Shown: positions 9,024-20,442 of the stretch, one piece after another
Layout: each line of letters opens with the position of its first letter
How positions within the stretch are numbered: the first letter of the stretch is position 1
NCBI GenBank assembly: GCA_046290415.1
Contig: JBKAGN010000001.1
Coordinates: 7,295-71,294, forward strand
DNA from: Hyphomicrobiales bacterium
Lineage (GTDB): Bacteria; Pseudomonadota; Alphaproteobacteria; Rhizobiales; MH13
Length of the DNA stretch: 64,000 bases
Direction of reading: 5' to 3'
The notes under the pieces: model-generated
What the model saw: only the letters and a program-made list of their open reading frames with translations
What the model was told of the DNA's origin: nothing
The model's database searches: none
Made by a program: the position numbers and the translations under genes

Positions 9024-12000
9024 ATGCGTGTCACGCGGCATTTCACCAAAAACGGCCAATCGGCCTATGCGGACCTTACCTTCCGCAACGCACTGAGCGA
9101 GATTCGCAATCCGGATGGATCGATCGTCTTCCAGTTGAAAGACATTCAGGTTCCTGAGACCTGGAGCCAGGTGGCATGCGACATCATTGCCCAGAAATAT
9201 TTCCGCAAGGCTGGTGTGCCCGCACGCCTGAAGAAAGTCGAAGAGAACTCTGTTCCTTCCTGGCTCTGGCGTTCGGTTGCCGATGAAAAAGCGCTTGCTG
9301 AACTGCCCGAAGAGGAGCGCTACGGCCCAGAGCGCGATTCCCGTCAGGTTTTTGACCGCCTGTCCGGCACCTGGACCTATTGGGGTTGGAAAGGCGGCTA
9401 TTTCGACAGCGAAGACGATGCGCTGGCGTTCCGCGACGAACTTGCCTTCATGCTCGCCACCCAACGCGTCGCACCCAACTCACCGCAATGGTTCAACACC
9501 GGTCTGCACTGGGCTTATGGCATCGATGGCCCAGGCCAGGGCCACTATTATGTGGATCCAGAAACAGGCGATTTGACCAAATCCGCCTCATCCTATGAGC
9601 ACCCGCAGCCGCACGCCTGCTTCATTCAAGGCGTTGGCGATGATCTGGTGAACGAAGGCGGGATCATGGACCTTTGGGTGCGCGAGGCGCGCCTGTTCAA
9701 ATATGGCTCCGGCACCGGCTCTAATTTCTCCATGTTGCGCGGCGAAGGCGAAAAGCTTTCCGGCGGCGGCAAATCCTCTGGCCTGATGAGCTTCTTGAAA
9801 ATTGGTGATCGCGCAGCCGGTGCCATCAAGTCGGGCGGCACGACGCGCCGCGCGGCCAAGATGGTGGTGGTTGATGTCGATCACCCCGACATTGAGACTT
9901 ACATCGACTGGAAGGTGAAGGAGGAGCAGAAGGTTGCGGCGCTCGTCACCGGCTCAAAAATCGTCAAAAAGCACCTGACCGCCATCATGAAGGCCTGCGT
10001 CAACTGCGAAGGCGAGGATGGCGATTGCTTCGAAGTCACCAAAAATCCAGCGCTGAAGCGCGAAGTGCGCGCGGCCAAGAAAGCGCTGGTACCGGAAAAC
10101 TACATCGCCCGCGTCATTCAATTTGCGCGCCAGGGCTACAAAGAAATTGAGTTCTCCACCTATGACACGGACTGGGATTCAGAAGCCTATGGCACCGTGT
10201 CAGGCCAGAACTCCAACAACTCTGTTTCCATCACCGATGATTTCCTGCGGTCGGTTGAACAGGATGGCGATTGGGACCTGATCGAGCGGACCACCGGCAA
10301 AGTCCACAAGACGGTGAAGAGCCAAGATCTTTGGGAAAAGATTGGCCACGCCGCCTGGGCATCGGCTGATCCAGGTCTGCACTTCAACACGACGATGAAC
10401 GACTGGCACACCTCGCCAGCCGGTGGGCGCATCCGTGCCTCCAACCCGTGTTCAGAATACATGTTTCTCGATGACACGGCGTGTAACTTGGCCTCGCTGA
10501 ACCTGCTTCAATTCAATGAAGCCAGCGAAAGTGGCGCGCAAAAAGTCTTCGACATCGAGGCCTATGAGCATGGCGTACGGCTCTGGACGATGGTTCTGGA
10601 AATCTCCGTCGCCATGGCGCAGTTCCCGTCCAAGCAGATCGCTCAGCTGTCCTACGAATACCGCACACTGGGTCTGGGGTACGCCAACATTGGCGGCCTC
10701 TTGATGACCTCAGGCATTCCCTATGACTCACCGGAAGGTCGTGCGATCTGCGGGGCGCTGACGGCGATCATGACCGGTGTTGCCTATGCGACCTCGGCGG
10801 AGATGGCCAAAGAGCTTGGGCCCTTCCCTGGCTATGAGGCCAATGCTGAGAACATGCTGCGCGTGATGCGCAACCACCGCCAGGCAGCCCTTGGCATGGC
10901 CGATGGCTATCAAGGCCTGTCGGTTAATCCGGTGCCGCTCGATCATGAGAACTGCCCCGATAAACGGCTGATCAAGCACGCGACCCAGGCTTGGGACAAA
11001 GCGGTGTCGCTCGGCTCTCAACATGGCTACCGCAACGCGCAGGCGACGGTGATCGCACCAACCGGTACCATTGGCCTGGTCATGGACTGCGACACGACAG
11101 GTATCGAGCCGGACTTTGCGCTGGTGAAGTTCAAGAAGCTTGCCGGAGGCGGGTATTTCAAAATCATCAACCGCGCGGTGCCCGAAGCGCTTCGCGTGCT
11201 CGGTTACACCGTTGCTGAAATCGGTGAAATTGAAGCCTATGCGGTGGGCCACGGCTCATTGGCGCAGGCACCTGGCGTCAACCACACCTCGCTCAAGGCG
11301 CGCGGCTTCTCTGAAGCTGCGATTGCCAAGATCGAAGGCGCGCTGGGCTCAGCGTTTGACATCAAGTTTGTGTTCAATCGCTGGACGCTGGGCGATGACA
11401 TCGCCATCGACGAACTTGGTTTCACCGATGAGCAGTTGAACGATCCCGCCTTCGACATGCTTTCAGCGCTTGGCTTTGAGGCTGACGAGATCAACATGGC
11501 CAACGAGCATGTCTGCGGAACCATGACGCTGGAAGGTGCGCCGCACCTGAAGGAAGAGCATTACGCGGTGTTCGATTGCGCCAACCCCTGCGGCAAGAAG
11601 GGCAAACGTTTCCTTTCGGTGGAAAGCCACATCCACATGATGGCCGCGGCGCAGCCGTTCATCTCCGGCGCGATCTCCAAAACCATCAACATGCCCAATG
11701 CGGCAACGGTTGAGGACTGCAAGAGCGCCTACATGCTCTCTTGGAAGCTCGCGCTGAAAGCCAATGCGCTCTATCGCGATGGGTCCAAGCTCTCGCAGCC
11801 GCTGAACTCGCAACTTCTCGCCGACAATGACGATGATGATGAAGCCGAAGACACGATGGACGCCATCATCGCGGCGCCACAGTCGATGCGGGCGCAGAAG
11901 GTTGCTGAAAAGATCGTCGAGCGCATCATCGAGAAAGAAGTGCGTGTTCGCGAGAAAATGCCGGATCGCCGCAAGGGCTACACCCAGAAAGCACGGGTTG

Positions 12001-12731
12001 GCGGCCACAAGGTGTATCTGACCACCGGCGAATATGAAGATGGTCGCCTGGGTGAAGTGTTCATCGACATGCACAAAGAGGGCGCCGCCTTCCGTGCGAT
12101 GATGAACAATTTCGCCATCGCGATCTCCCTTGGCCTGCAATATGGCGTGCCACTGGAAGAGTATGTGGATGCCTTCACCTTCACCCGGTTTGAGCCGGCT
12201 GGCATGGTGCAGGGCAATGAGACGATCAAGAATGCGACGTCGATCCTTGACTACATCTTCCGTGAGTTGGCCGTCTCTTACCTCGGCCGTTACGACCTGG
12301 CGCACGTCCAGCCAGACGAAGCTGGCGCGACCACGCTTGGCAAAGGCGAAGATGCAGAAAAACCATCGGCAAACTCCATCGTGTCGGCGGGCCTGGTGCG
12401 CGGCAAAGTCGCCGAACGCCTTCAGGTCGTTGGTGGCTCGGCTGCAAACAACACGGCCAGCGGCACAAGCGCGGCGGTTTCCACCAACACGGTGACAGCT
12501 TCGCTCTCATCGGCAGCGGTCGCGACTTCAGCAGCTCTTCAATTGGCGCCCGAGCCGGCCAGCGCAGAAGCAGCCCCTAAGCCATTGGAAAGCGTCGCTG
12601 AACAGCGCACCATCGCCCGGATGAAGGGCTATGAAGGCGAAAACTGCGCCGAGTGCGGCAACTTCACCATGGTGCGCAACGGCACCTGCCTGAAGTGCGA
12701 CACCTGCGGATCAACCAGCGGATGCTCCTGA
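9024..12731 (+). CDS. nrdJ: class II (adenosylcobalamin-dependent) ribonucleotide reductase with C-terminal TSCPD and Zn-ribbon domains
   Basis: [29 protein letters not shown] (thiyl Cys), [15 protein letters not shown], the C-terminal [16 protein letters not shown] domain and the CAEC...[12 protein letters not shown] tail; 1235 aa. Confidence 0.97.
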   Translation: MRVTRHFTKNGQSAYADLTFRNALSEIRNPDGSIVFQLKDIQVPETWSQVACDIIAQKYFRKAGVPARLKKVEENSVPSWLWRSVADEKALAELPEEERYGPERDSRQVFDRLSGTWTYWGWKGGYFDSEDDALAFRDELAFMLATQRVAPNSPQWFNTGLHWAYGIDGPGQGHYYVDPETGDLTKSASSYEHPQPHACFIQGVGDDLVNEGGIMDLWVREARLFKYGSGTGSNFSMLRGEGEKLSGGGKSSGLMSFLKIGDRAAGAIKSGGTTRRAAKMVVVDVDHPDIETYIDWKVKEEQKVAALVTGSKIVKKHLTAIMKACVNCEGEDGDCFEVTKNPALKREVRAAKKALVPENYIARVIQFARQGYKEIEFSTYDTDWDSEAYGTVSGQNSNNSVSITDDFLRSVEQDGDWDLIERTTGKVHKTVKSQDLWEKIGHAAWASADPGLHFNTTMNDWHTSPAGGRIRASNPCSEYMFLDDTACNLASLNLLQFNEASESGAQKVFDIEAYEHGVRLWTMVLEISVAMAQFPSKQIAQLSYEYRTLGLGYANIGGLLMTSGIPYDSPEGRAICGALTAIMTGVAYATSAEMAKELGPFPGYEANAENMLRVMRNHRQAALGMADGYQGLSVNPVPLDHENCPDKRLIKHATQAWDKAVSLGSQHGYRNAQATVIAPTGTIGLVMDCDTTGIEPDFALVKFKKLAGGGYFKIINRAVPEALRVLGYTVAEIGEIEAYAVGHGSLAQAPGVNHTSLKARGFSEAAIAKIEGALGSAFDIKFVFNRWTLGDDIAIDELGFTDEQLNDPAFDMLSALGFEADEINMANEHVCGTMTLEGAPHLKEEHYAVFDCANPCGKKGKRFLSVESHIHMMAAAQPFISGAISKTINMPNAATVEDCKSAYMLSWKLALKANALYRDGSKLSQPLNSQLLADNDDDDEAEDTMDAIIAAPQSMRAQKVAEKIVERIIEKEVRVREKMPDRRKGYTQKARVGGHKVYLTTGEYEDGRLGEVFIDMHKEGAAFRAMMNNFAIAISLGLQYGVPLEEYVDAFTFTRFEPAGMVQGNETIKNATSILDYIFRELAVSYLGRYDLAHVQPDEAGATTLGKGEDAEKPSANSIVSAGLVRGKVAERLQVVGGSAANNTASGTSAAVSTNTVTASLSSAAVATSAALQLAPEPASAEAAPKPLESVAEQRTIARMKGYEGENCAECGNFTMVRNGTCLKCDTCGSTSGCS

Positions 12732-12870
12732 TCTCAGGCGCATCCTCACCAAGGCATGCAATGACCACGCACCTCTTCTCCTCCCTGTGAAGTACGACTG
12801 CGTGTACTGAGCTGAGACATTCTACGTCTGTTGCTCCAAGCCCGGCACCAAAACGCCGGGCTTTTTCTTT
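12732..12870 (+). ncRNA. candidate 3'UTR-derived small RNA with a CU-rich anti-SD motif
   Basis: About 105 nt lie between the nrdJ stop and the terminator. They contain CTCTTCTCCTCCCT, a hairpin AGTAC-N8-GTACT and a TCTCAG/CTGAGA long-range pair. No expression evidence. Confidence 0.3.
12838..12870 (+). terminator. intrinsic terminator after nrdJ
   Basis: AAGCCCGGC-ACCAAAAC-GCCGGGCTT followed by TTTCTTT. Confidence 0.85.
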
Positions 12871-12896
12871 GCCGCCACTCGGCTTAAGTCGGTGCC

Positions 12897-14135
12897 ATGA
12901 ATCACCTCCCCTATGATCCGCAGACCCGGCGGCTTTCGATCAACCCGCGCGACGATGCGTTTGTCCAAAACCCCTACCAAGCCTACGCCGCTCTTCACGC
13001 GGCGAGCGGCGACGATGGCCCGGTGTTTTTCTGGGACGCGTATGGGCACTGGGTGTTCGGTGGCCTGAATGCCGTGAATACGCTGTTTCGCGATCGCCGT
13101 TTGGGACGGCAAATTCTGCACAAGACAACGCGCGAGGCACTCGGTTGGGATGAACCGGCTGCGCATACGGCTGATTTCGACGCCATCGATGCGCGTTCGC
13201 TTTTGGAACTTGAGCCGCCGGATCACACCCGTCTGCGCGGATTGATCAATCGCGCCTTTGTCTCCCGTCACGTGGAAGCACTTGGGCCCGACATCGCATC
13301 GGAAACTGAAAAAGCAATGGATGCGTTTTCCGATCTGCCTGACCTCATCACCAATTTTGGCGAGCCGATTGCCGGCAACACTATTGCGCGCATGCTTGGC
13401 ATTGACCAGGCGCACGTGCCGCAGCTTCTCGCCTGGTCGCATGATATGGTGCAGATGTACGCGTTCGGTCGTGACCGCGCCGACGAGGAGGAGGCCAATG
13501 CCGCCGCACGGGACTTCACCCGTTTTGTGCGCGACGAGATCGCCAAGCGCCGTGCTTCGCCAGGCCCTGATCTTCTCACCCACCTCATCACCGCCCATGA
13601 GGCGCAGGATCGGCTCACCGAAGACGAAATTGTCTCAACCACGATCCTCCTCTTGAATGCCGGGCATGAGGCAACAGTGCACGCGATGGGCAATGGCCTG
13701 CGTACGCTGTTTCTGGCCTCAAACGAGGATCGCAGCGGCTGGCTTGCCGACCCGGATGTGATGACCGAGGAGATTCTTCGCCACACGCCACCGCTGCATA
13801 TGTTCATGCGTTACGTGCTGGAAGACTGCGAGCCTTTCGGCGTACCCTTCAAACAAGGCGACGTTGTCGGCCTGCATCTTGGGCTTGCCAACCATGATCC
13901 ACGCGCCATGCCTGAGCCGCAGCGCTTTGATCCCTGGCGTGAACCGGTCAAACAGGTCGCCTTTGGTGCTGGAATCCATTTCTGCATTGGTCACACGCTT
14001 GCGCGGCTGGAAATGGCCACGGCCATCCCGATGCTGCTTCAACGCTTTCCAATCATTCGCATGGCGGAAACGCCACGTTTCAAAAATGCCTATCATTTCC
14101 ACGGGCTTGAGCGCCTGAAAGTCACGCTCGCATGA
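12897..14135 (+). CDS. cytochrome P450
   Basis: I-helix LLLNAGHEATVH, K-helix EEILR and heme-ligand loop FGAGIHFCIG. Confidence 0.95.
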   Translation: MNHLPYDPQTRRLSINPRDDAFVQNPYQAYAALHAASGDDGPVFFWDAYGHWVFGGLNAVNTLFRDRRLGRQILHKTTREALGWDEPAAHTADFDAIDARSLLELEPPDHTRLRGLINRAFVSRHVEALGPDIASETEKAMDAFSDLPDLITNFGEPIAGNTIARMLGIDQAHVPQLLAWSHDMVQMYAFGRDRADEEEANAAARDFTRFVRDEIAKRRASPGPDLLTHLITAHEAQDRLTEDEIVSTTILLLNAGHEATVHAMGNGLRTLFLASNEDRSGWLADPDVMTEEILRHTPPLHMFMRYVLEDCEPFGVPFKQGDVVGLHLGLANHDPRAMPEPQRFDPWREPVKQVAFGAGIHFCIGHTLARLEMATAIPMLLQRFPIIRMAETPRFKNAYHFHGLERLKVTLA

Positions 14136-15199
14136 GCCGTCAGCTTGTCTTTGACGGCCACAATGATTTGCTGGCACGGCTCTATCTGGCCGGTGGCGTT
14201 ACAGCAGCCAACCAGTTCCAGGCGGGCAGACCAAGCGGACATCTGGATGCGCGCAAAGCACGCATAGGCGGATTTGGCGGCGGATTTTTCGCCATCTGGG
14301 TGCCGAGCACGCAGCGCGGCACGCCGCAGCGTCGCGACGCCAATGAAGCGATGCGGGCCTTTCACTACGACATTCCACTGTCACCGATGGTGCCCGCCGA
14401 TGACGCCCTGCGTGCCGCGCGCATCCAGATGGAAACGCTTCAGGCGCTGCAGGACCAAGGTTCACTGACCATCTGCACCACTGCTGACCACATCGAACAG
14501 GTCATGGAAGCGGGCGACATCGCAGCTTTTGCGCACATGGAAGGCGCGGAGGCGATCGACCCGGATTTTGCCGTTTTGGACGAGTTTCATGCGCTTGGCT
14601 TGCGATCGCTCGGCCCGGTGTGGAGTCGCCCGACCATCTACGGCGAAGGCGTGCCCTTCCGCTTTCCAGGCTCGCCGGACATTGGTGGCGGGCTGACCAA
14701 TCATGGCAGGCGGCTGGTCGCCAAATGCAACGCGCTGAAGATGATGATCGATCTGGCGCACCTCAACGAGGCCGGTTTCTGGGATGTCGCACGGCTCAGC
14801 GACGCGCCGCTGGTCGCGACGCATTCCAACGCCCATACGCTCTGCCCGCATGCGCGTAACCTGACCGACAAGCAGTTGGACGCCATCGCCGAATCCGGCG
14901 GCGTCGTTGGCCTCAACTTTGCCGCCGCATTCCTGCGCGCTGATGGTCGTATGCGCAGCGATACGCCGCTCTCACTGATGATCGAACACCTTGATCACAT
15001 GATCAAACGGATGGGTGAGGATCATGTGGCTTTGGGATCGGATTTCGACGGCGCTGTCATTCCCGCCGACATAGGGTCCGTTGCCGGTCTTCCCGTTCTC
15101 GTCCACGCCATGGAGGCGCATGGCTATGGCCATGAACTAATTGCCAAAATTTGCCGTGGCAACTGGATGCGCGTGATTCGCCTAACGCAGGGCCTTTAA
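14132..15199 (+). CDS. M19-family (membrane/renal-type) dipeptidase
   Basis: FDGHNDLL, HMEGAE, DLAHLN, THSN and GSDFDG. ATGA overlap with the P450 stop. Confidence 0.92.
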   Translation: MSRQLVFDGHNDLLARLYLAGGVTAANQFQAGRPSGHLDARKARIGGFGGGFFAIWVPSTQRGTPQRRDANEAMRAFHYDIPLSPMVPADDALRAARIQMETLQALQDQGSLTICTTADHIEQVMEAGDIAAFAHMEGAEAIDPDFAVLDEFHALGLRSLGPVWSRPTIYGEGVPFRFPGSPDIGGGLTNHGRRLVAKCNALKMMIDLAHLNEAGFWDVARLSDAPLVATHSNAHTLCPHARNLTDKQLDAIAESGGVVGLNFAAAFLRADGRMRSDTPLSLMIEHLDHMIKRMGEDHVALGSDFDGAVIPADIGSVAGLPVLVHAMEAHGYGHELIAKICRGNWMRVIRLTQGL

Positions 15200-15204
15200 C
15201 GCGT

Positions 15205-16170
15205 TCAGCCGCCCATGATGGCCCGCATCTGCTCGCACAAAAATTCGTCGGTTGGATTCGATTCCCCGGCAACAACGACAATGTCGTAGCGCGCATTGAG
15301 CCCCTGGTCGCGGATCGGCCCCTCTTCCAACACGTGTGCCCATTCATCGACCGTGTAGGCGGCAATGGTCAGCATGCTGGGTGGGCGGTCCGTGCGTGCA
15401 ATGAGATAGGGAATCGCGCGATCCATGCGCACATGCCCCTTGCCACCAAAGTAAAGCGTTGAGGGCCCGCGTCCGCGCCCTGCCACAAGCCGACCGGCCA
15501 TAATCCGATCGCGTTCCATCTGCGCCAGCGCCATGCGCTCGGCTGCCTCTTCATCAATCAGTCCGCAATGGCCAGCGATCATGTCGGGGATCCAGGCCTC
15601 AACAATCTCGTCGGTTTGCAAGCCGTAGGCCGGGGCCACTTCCAAGAGCGCGTCGTAGGATGGACCGCCGGCGCCGGGCTGCGGCTGATCGGTCGCGATC
15701 ACATGGGCGCGCGCGCTGCCTGCGGTTTCGATCAATGGACGGTAGATGTTGAAGTCCGGCCAACCCAAGCTTTCCCAATCAACGATATCGGCAAAAAGAT
15801 CAGTGTCGAACGCGTTGTTGCGACGCCAATTGTCAAGCTCGCGCTGGCTGCTGGCGGGCACATGTTCCAAAGCAAGGACGGGCGGGCGGCTTCCGGTCTT
15901 GGCTTCCAAAATGCAGGAGGCCAGCGCGACATGCTCCGGCGTGCCGTGGCGTTCGCCCAAAAACACCAGTTGCGTGTTCCCCGCTTCCCCAAACAAGCGT
16001 CGCGCCGTGGTCGGCACGCCTGTGCGCAGATCGATGATCGTCTCAAAGGCGCAAACATCCACGTCACTCTCAGCTTGCGCTTGGGCTTGAGTCGGCAAAG
16101 CCAACACTCCAAGCAGAGCCGCCAGAAGCGCGGATTGGGTCAACAGAGCCGTCGGATGGGCAAAACGCAT
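15205..16170 (-). CDS. ChaN-like (heme-uptake/Tiki superfamily) secreted protein
   Basis: Sec-type signal ending AQAQA, then FLGERH, LALEH, WESLGW, GHCGL, AQMERDRIMA and GKGHV, a pattern I associate with ChaN. Start moved to ATG 16170. Confidence 0.7.
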   Translation of the reverse strand: MRFAHPTALLTQSALLAALLGVLALPTQAQAQAESDVDVCAFETIIDLRTGVPTTARRLFGEAGNTQLVFLGERHGTPEHVALASCILEAKTGSRPPVLALEHVPASSQRELDNWRRNNAFDTDLFADIVDWESLGWPDFNIYRPLIETAGSARAHVIATDQPQPGAGGPSYDALLEVAPAYGLQTDEIVEAWIPDMIAGHCGLIDEEAAERMALAQMERDRIMAGRLVAGRGRGPSTLYFGGKGHVRMDRAIPYLIARTDRPPSMLTIAAYTVDEWAHVLEEGPIRDQGLNARYDIVVVAGESNPTDEFLCEQMRAIMGG

Positions 16171-16280
16171 GGTGCACCTTTCAAGGGTCTTGGTATGAAA
16201 CCTAATGTAGTGCCAAATGGCGCTGGCGCTATCCTTCAAAGCCACCTTTTCATCGCCAAAGACAGCGGCTAGGACAGGGC

Positions 16281-17276
16281 ATGCCAAACGCTTCCCCCTC
16301 CCTCACCCTTCGACTGTGCGGTCCGCGTGGATTCTGCGCCGGGGTCGACCGCGCCATTCAAATGGTCGTGATGGCGCTGAAGCGGTACGGCGCGCCGGTC
16401 TATGTGCGTCATGAAATCGTCCACAATCGGTACGTTGTCGATGGGTTGCGGGAAAAAGGCGCGGTTTTCGTCAAAGAGCTGGACGAGATACCCGAAGGCT
16501 CGAAAGCACCGGTGATCTTTTCGGCTCATGGCGTGCCGAAATCCGTGCCGGCCCATGCCGAAGCCCTGAACTTGCTTTATTTCGATGCCACCTGCCCGCT
16601 TGTCTCCAAGGTTCACAAGCAAGCCGCGCGGCACATGAAGCTTGGCCGCCAGGTCGTGTTGGTAGGCCATGCCGGTCACCCGGAAGTTGTCGGCACGATG
16701 GGGCAGTTGCCAGAGGGCGCTGTCGATCTGATTGAGACGCCGGATGACGTTGCCGCCTATTCACCACCGGACCCAGCTATGCTCGGCTATGTGACACAGA
16801 CGACGCTTTCGGTGGACGACACGATGGAGGTCATCGACGCGCTGAAGGCGAAGTTCCCGGAGATTGCCGATCCAGCCGGGGAATCCATTTGCTATGCGAC
16901 AACCAACCGGCAGGAAGCGGTCAAAGTAGCTGCGCCAGGCACCGACCTCTTCCTGGTTGTGGGTGCTCAGAATTCCTCCAACTCCAAGCGCCTGGTGGAA
17001 GTCGCTGAGCGGGCCGGCGCGGCCAAAGGGCTGCTAATCGCCGGACCGGAAGACATCGATTTGGACGCCATCTCGGACGGGACTGTCGTCGCGCTGTCGG
17101 CTGGTGCCTCGGCGCCGGAAGTCCTTGTGGAAGGCGTCATTAGTCGCTTCAGAGATCGATTCCAGGTTTCGCTCGACCTTGTTGAAACCGCTCAAGAAAA
17201 TGAACTCTTTCCCGTTGCGCGGGCCTTGCGCGATGTCGACCTCACCCGCGACGACATGCGCTTCGTAAACGGCTGA
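16281..17276 (+). CDS. ispH: 4-hydroxy-3-methylbut-2-enyl diphosphate reductase
   Basis: [54 protein letters not shown]. Confidence 0.98.
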   Translation: MPNASPSLTLRLCGPRGFCAGVDRAIQMVVMALKRYGAPVYVRHEIVHNRYVVDGLREKGAVFVKELDEIPEGSKAPVIFSAHGVPKSVPAHAEALNLLYFDATCPLVSKVHKQAARHMKLGRQVVLVGHAGHPEVVGTMGQLPEGAVDLIETPDDVAAYSPPDPAMLGYVTQTTLSVDDTMEVIDALKAKFPEIADPAGESICYATTNRQEAVKVAAPGTDLFLVVGAQNSSNSKRLVEVAERAGAAKGLLIAGPEDIDLDAISDGTVVALSAGASAPEVLVEGVISRFRDRFQVSLDLVETAQENELFPVARALRDVDLTRDDMRFVNG

Positions 17277-17285
17277 CGCTTTCTC

Positions 17286-18257
17286 ATGGCCGTCTACACC
17301 GATGTCAGCGATGACGACCTGGATGCCTTCCTTGCCGATTACGATCTCGGCGAGGTGCTTGCGTTCAAGGGCATTGCCGAAGGCGTTGAAAACTCAAACT
17401 TTTTGCTGCGCACCGAAGCTGGAACTTACATTCTGACGCTGTTTGAAAAGCGGGTGAATGCAGGCGACCTGCCGTTTTTCCTCGATCTGATGAGGCATTT
17501 GTTCGACCGTGGGCTCAACTGCCCACTGCCCATTACCCGGCGCGATGGAGCTGTGCTCGGCGAGCTATGCGGACGCCCGGCGACCATTATCTCGTTTTTG
17601 GATGGCGTAGCGATCCGCCGCCCACGGGCTGAGCACTGCCGCAAGCTCGGCGAGGTGCTCGCCAAATTCCACCTCGCTACTGCTGACTTTCCGGTCGATC
17701 GCCCCAATGATCTTTCGCTGAAGGGGTGGCGTGAGGTTTATGACGGCATTCCAGCCAAGGCAGCCGATGAGGCTTTTCCAGGCCTGCGCACGCGTATGGG
17801 TCGCGAACTCGATCAGATGGACAAGCTATGGCCGCACGATTTGCCGTCCGGCATCATCCATGCGGACCTCTTCACCGACAATGTGTTCTTTTTGAACAAC
17901 CAGGTGTCGGGGATTATCGACTTCTATTTCGCGTGCACCGACGCCTATGCCTACGATCTGGTGATTTGTTTGAACGCTTGGTGCTTTGAACCGGATTTGG
18001 CCTTCAATGTCACCAAGGCACGGGCGCTTGTCGCCGGCTATCAGAGCGTGCGGCCCTTGGAGCGCCAAGAAATTGAAGCGCTGCCGCTGTTGGCGCGCGG
18101 GGCCTCCATCCGTTTCTTGGTCACGCGTCTCAATGACTGGCTCACCGTGCCGGATGGCGCGCTTGTGGTGCCGAAAAACCCGCAGGAATACGCCACCAAA
18201 CTCGCCTTTCACCAGGGCGTGTACGACGCCCGCTTTTATGGGTTGGACTTTGACTGA
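17286..18257 (+). CDS. thrB: homoserine kinase type II
   Basis: [32 protein letters not shown] and IIDFYFAC; usual ispH-thrB-rnhA order. Confidence 0.95.
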   Translation: MAVYTDVSDDDLDAFLADYDLGEVLAFKGIAEGVENSNFLLRTEAGTYILTLFEKRVNAGDLPFFLDLMRHLFDRGLNCPLPITRRDGAVLGELCGRPATIISFLDGVAIRRPRAEHCRKLGEVLAKFHLATADFPVDRPNDLSLKGWREVYDGIPAKAADEAFPGLRTRMGRELDQMDKLWPHDLPSGIIHADLFTDNVFFLNNQVSGIIDFYFACTDAYAYDLVICLNAWCFEPDLAFNVTKARALVAGYQSVRPLERQEIEALPLLARGASIRFLVTRLNDWLTVPDGALVVPKNPQEYATKLAFHQGVYDARFYGLDFD

Positions 18258-18711
18258 GAAGCTCGTTGAGATTTGGACGGACGGCGCCTGTTCCGGCAAT
18301 CCTGGACCGGGAGGCTGGGGCGCGATCCTGACCTTCAACGGTCATCAGAAGGAGCTGAAGGGTGGCGAGCGCGAGACCACCAACAATCGCATGGAACTGA
18401 CTGCGGCCATCGAAGCGCTGGCCGCACTTAAGCGCCGGTCCAAGGTCGCGGTACACACGGACTCATCCTACGTGAAAGACGGCATCACCAAATGGATGGT
18501 GAACTGGAAAGCCCGCGGCTGGAAGACTGCCGACAAAAAGCCTGTCAAAAACAAAGATTTATGGGAGCAACTTGACGCTCAGATTCTGAGTCATGACGTA
18601 GCGTGGCATTGGGTCAAAGGCCATGCAGGCGATGCAATGAACGAACGCGCGGACGAGCTTGCCCGCGCCGGCATGGCGCCGTTTAAACCAAGCAAAAATG
18701 GCGAGGCTTAA
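18250..18711 (+). CDS. rnhA: ribonuclease HI
   Basis: [55 protein letters not shown] start at 18250 overlaps the thrB stop. Confidence 0.96.
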   Translation: MTEKLVEIWTDGACSGNPGPGGWGAILTFNGHQKELKGGERETTNNRMELTAAIEALAALKRRSKVAVHTDSSYVKDGITKWMVNWKARGWKTADKKPVKNKDLWEQLDAQILSHDVAWHWVKGHAGDAMNERADELARAGMAPFKPSKNGEA

Positions 18712-19760
18712 GGGAAAAGCGCAATCTGTTCTAGGCCCAGCGTTTCCTCAAAACCGAACGCGATGTTGACGTTCTGCAACGCTTGGCCTGCCGATCCCTT
18801 CACCAGATTGTCGAGGGCTGCGATGATGATGGCCCGGCCCGGCAATCGGTCTTTGAAGACGCCGATATGGATCATGTTCGACCCACGCACATTCTGTGTT
18901 TTCGGAATCTGTCCCTCGTCGAGCACCAGCACGAATGGTTCATCGGCATAGCGCGCCGCAAGTCCAGCCCGGACATCATCAGTCGAAACGTTCTCGGCCA
19001 GTCTGACATGACATGTTAGCAGTTCGCCGCGGGACATCGGCACCAAGTGCGGCGTGAAGCCGACCGTGATCGCCTGGCCTGATGCTTTGGACAGTTCCTG
19101 CTCGATTTCCGGCATATGACGGTGATGGCCAATGCCGTATGGCGACGTGCCTTCACCGGCTTCTGAAAAGAGCATACCCTGCTTCAAGCTCCGGCCCGCA
19201 CCTGACATGCCAGTTTTGGCATCGATGATGATGTCGTCCGCCAGAATGTGACCATTGGCGAGCGGTGGAATGAGTGCCGTCAGCGCTGCTGTTGGAAAAC
19301 ATCCTGGGCAGGCCACGATCTTCGCGCCAGCGATAGTCTCGCGATTGTGTTCCGACAGCCCGTAGGCCGCCTCGCCCTGTAGCTCTGGTGCGCCATGGGG
19401 AATGCCGTACCAGTCGGCGTAGGTTTGGATGTCGCGCAGCCGGAAGTCGGCCGACATATCGACCACGACGCAGTCTGGGTTGGTCGAACGGATGGCCTTG
19501 GTGGTAGCCTGTGTCGTACCATGAGGCAGCGCGCAGATGACCAAGTCGACGCCGTTCCAATCGACATCATCAAGCGTGACAAGCGCGGGCAGTTCAACGC
19601 CACGTAAATGTTCGAAAACTTCGCCAACCGGTTTGCCGGCATGGGTGTTGGCGGTGAGTGCCACCAACTCGATATGGGGGTGGCGCAGCGCCAGCCGCAT
19701 GGCATCAGCGCCGGTGTAACCGGACGCGCCCAGGATGGCAGTTCTGATGGATTTGGTCAT
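18708..19760 (-). CDS. argC: N-acetyl-gamma-glutamyl-phosphate reductase
   Basis: [45 protein letters not shown] and [11 protein letters not shown]. Confidence 0.97.
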   Translation of the reverse strand: MTKSIRTAILGASGYTGADAMRLALRHPHIELVALTANTHAGKPVGEVFEHLRGVELPALVTLDDVDWNGVDLVICALPHGTTQATTKAIRSTNPDCVVVDMSADFRLRDIQTYADWYGIPHGAPELQGEAAYGLSEHNRETIAGAKIVACPGCFPTAALTALIPPLANGHILADDIIIDAKTGMSGAGRSLKQGMLFSEAGEGTSPYGIGHHRHMPEIEQELSKASGQAITVGFTPHLVPMSRGELLTCHVRLAENVSTDDVRAGLAARYADEPFVLVLDEGQIPKTQNVRGSNMIHIGVFKDRLPGRAIIIAALDNLVKGSAGQALQNVNIAFGFEETLGLEQIALFP

Positions 19761-19878
19761 GAGATCAGGCCTTTAGAGCGTTTTGCGTTTGCTATGAACC
19801 GCAATTGTCCGCCTCTTCCTTCGGTCGAACGCGAACTGCGATACCGCTGCATCAGAGAAAACGCAAAGCACCATAAAC

Positions 19879-19912
19879 AAAAAAGGGGCGAAGCGCTTTG
19901 CGCCTCGCCCCC
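19879..19912 (-). terminator. intrinsic terminator after rpsI
   Basis: The minus strand reads GGGGCGAGGCGC-AAA-GCGCTTCGCCCC followed by TTTTTT. Confidence 0.85.
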
Positions 19913-19938
19913 ATAATTCAAACAGGTTGGATTGGTTG

Positions 19939-20442
19939 TTAGCGCTTGGAGAACTGGAAGGAGCGGCGGGCTTTAGCCTTGCCGTACTTCTTACGCTCAA
20001 CAACACGGCTGTCGCGGGTCAGGAACCCACCAGCTTTCAGCACACCGCGCAGATCTGGCTCGTAGTAGGTGAGCGCTTTGGAAATGCCGTGACGTACCGC
20101 ACCGGCCTGGCCTGACAGACCACCGCCTTTGACGGTGGCAACGATGTCAAACTGACCATCGCGTGCTGCCGCGACGATCGGCTGCTGCACGATCATCTGA
20201 AGCACAGGGCGTGCGAAGTAGGCGGAAAAGTCTTTGCCATTGACCGTGATCTGGCCAGAACCAGGCTTCACCCAGACACGGGCGATGGCGTCTTTACGCT
20301 TACCGGTGGCGTAAGCGCGGCCCTGGTCGTCCAGCTTCTGCACGTGCACAGGAGCAGTATCGGTGACAGGCGCGTCGCCTGCGCTGGGAGCCACGCCCAT
20401 GGCGCCGCCAAGATCTTCAAGAGACGTGATTTGTTCGCTCAT
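19939..20442 (-). CDS. rpsI: 30S ribosomal protein S9
   Basis: [51 protein letters not shown]. Confidence 0.99.
   Translation of the reverse strand: MSEQITSLEDLGGAMGVAPSAGDAPVTDTAPVHVQKLDDQGRAYATGKRKDAIARVWVKPGSGQITVNGKDFSAYFARPVLQMIVQQPIVAAARDGQFDIVATVKGGGLSGQAGAVRHGISKALTYYEPDLRGVLKAGGFLTRDSRVVERKKYGKAKARRSFQFSKR

Noticed and set aside
9024-12731. Intein or intron in nrdJ (RNR genes are common hosts)
   Set aside because: The frame is continuous and of normal length for this NrdJ type, with no splice-junction or LAGLIDADG motifs. The Ala/Ser/Thr-rich segment near the C-terminus is a linker.
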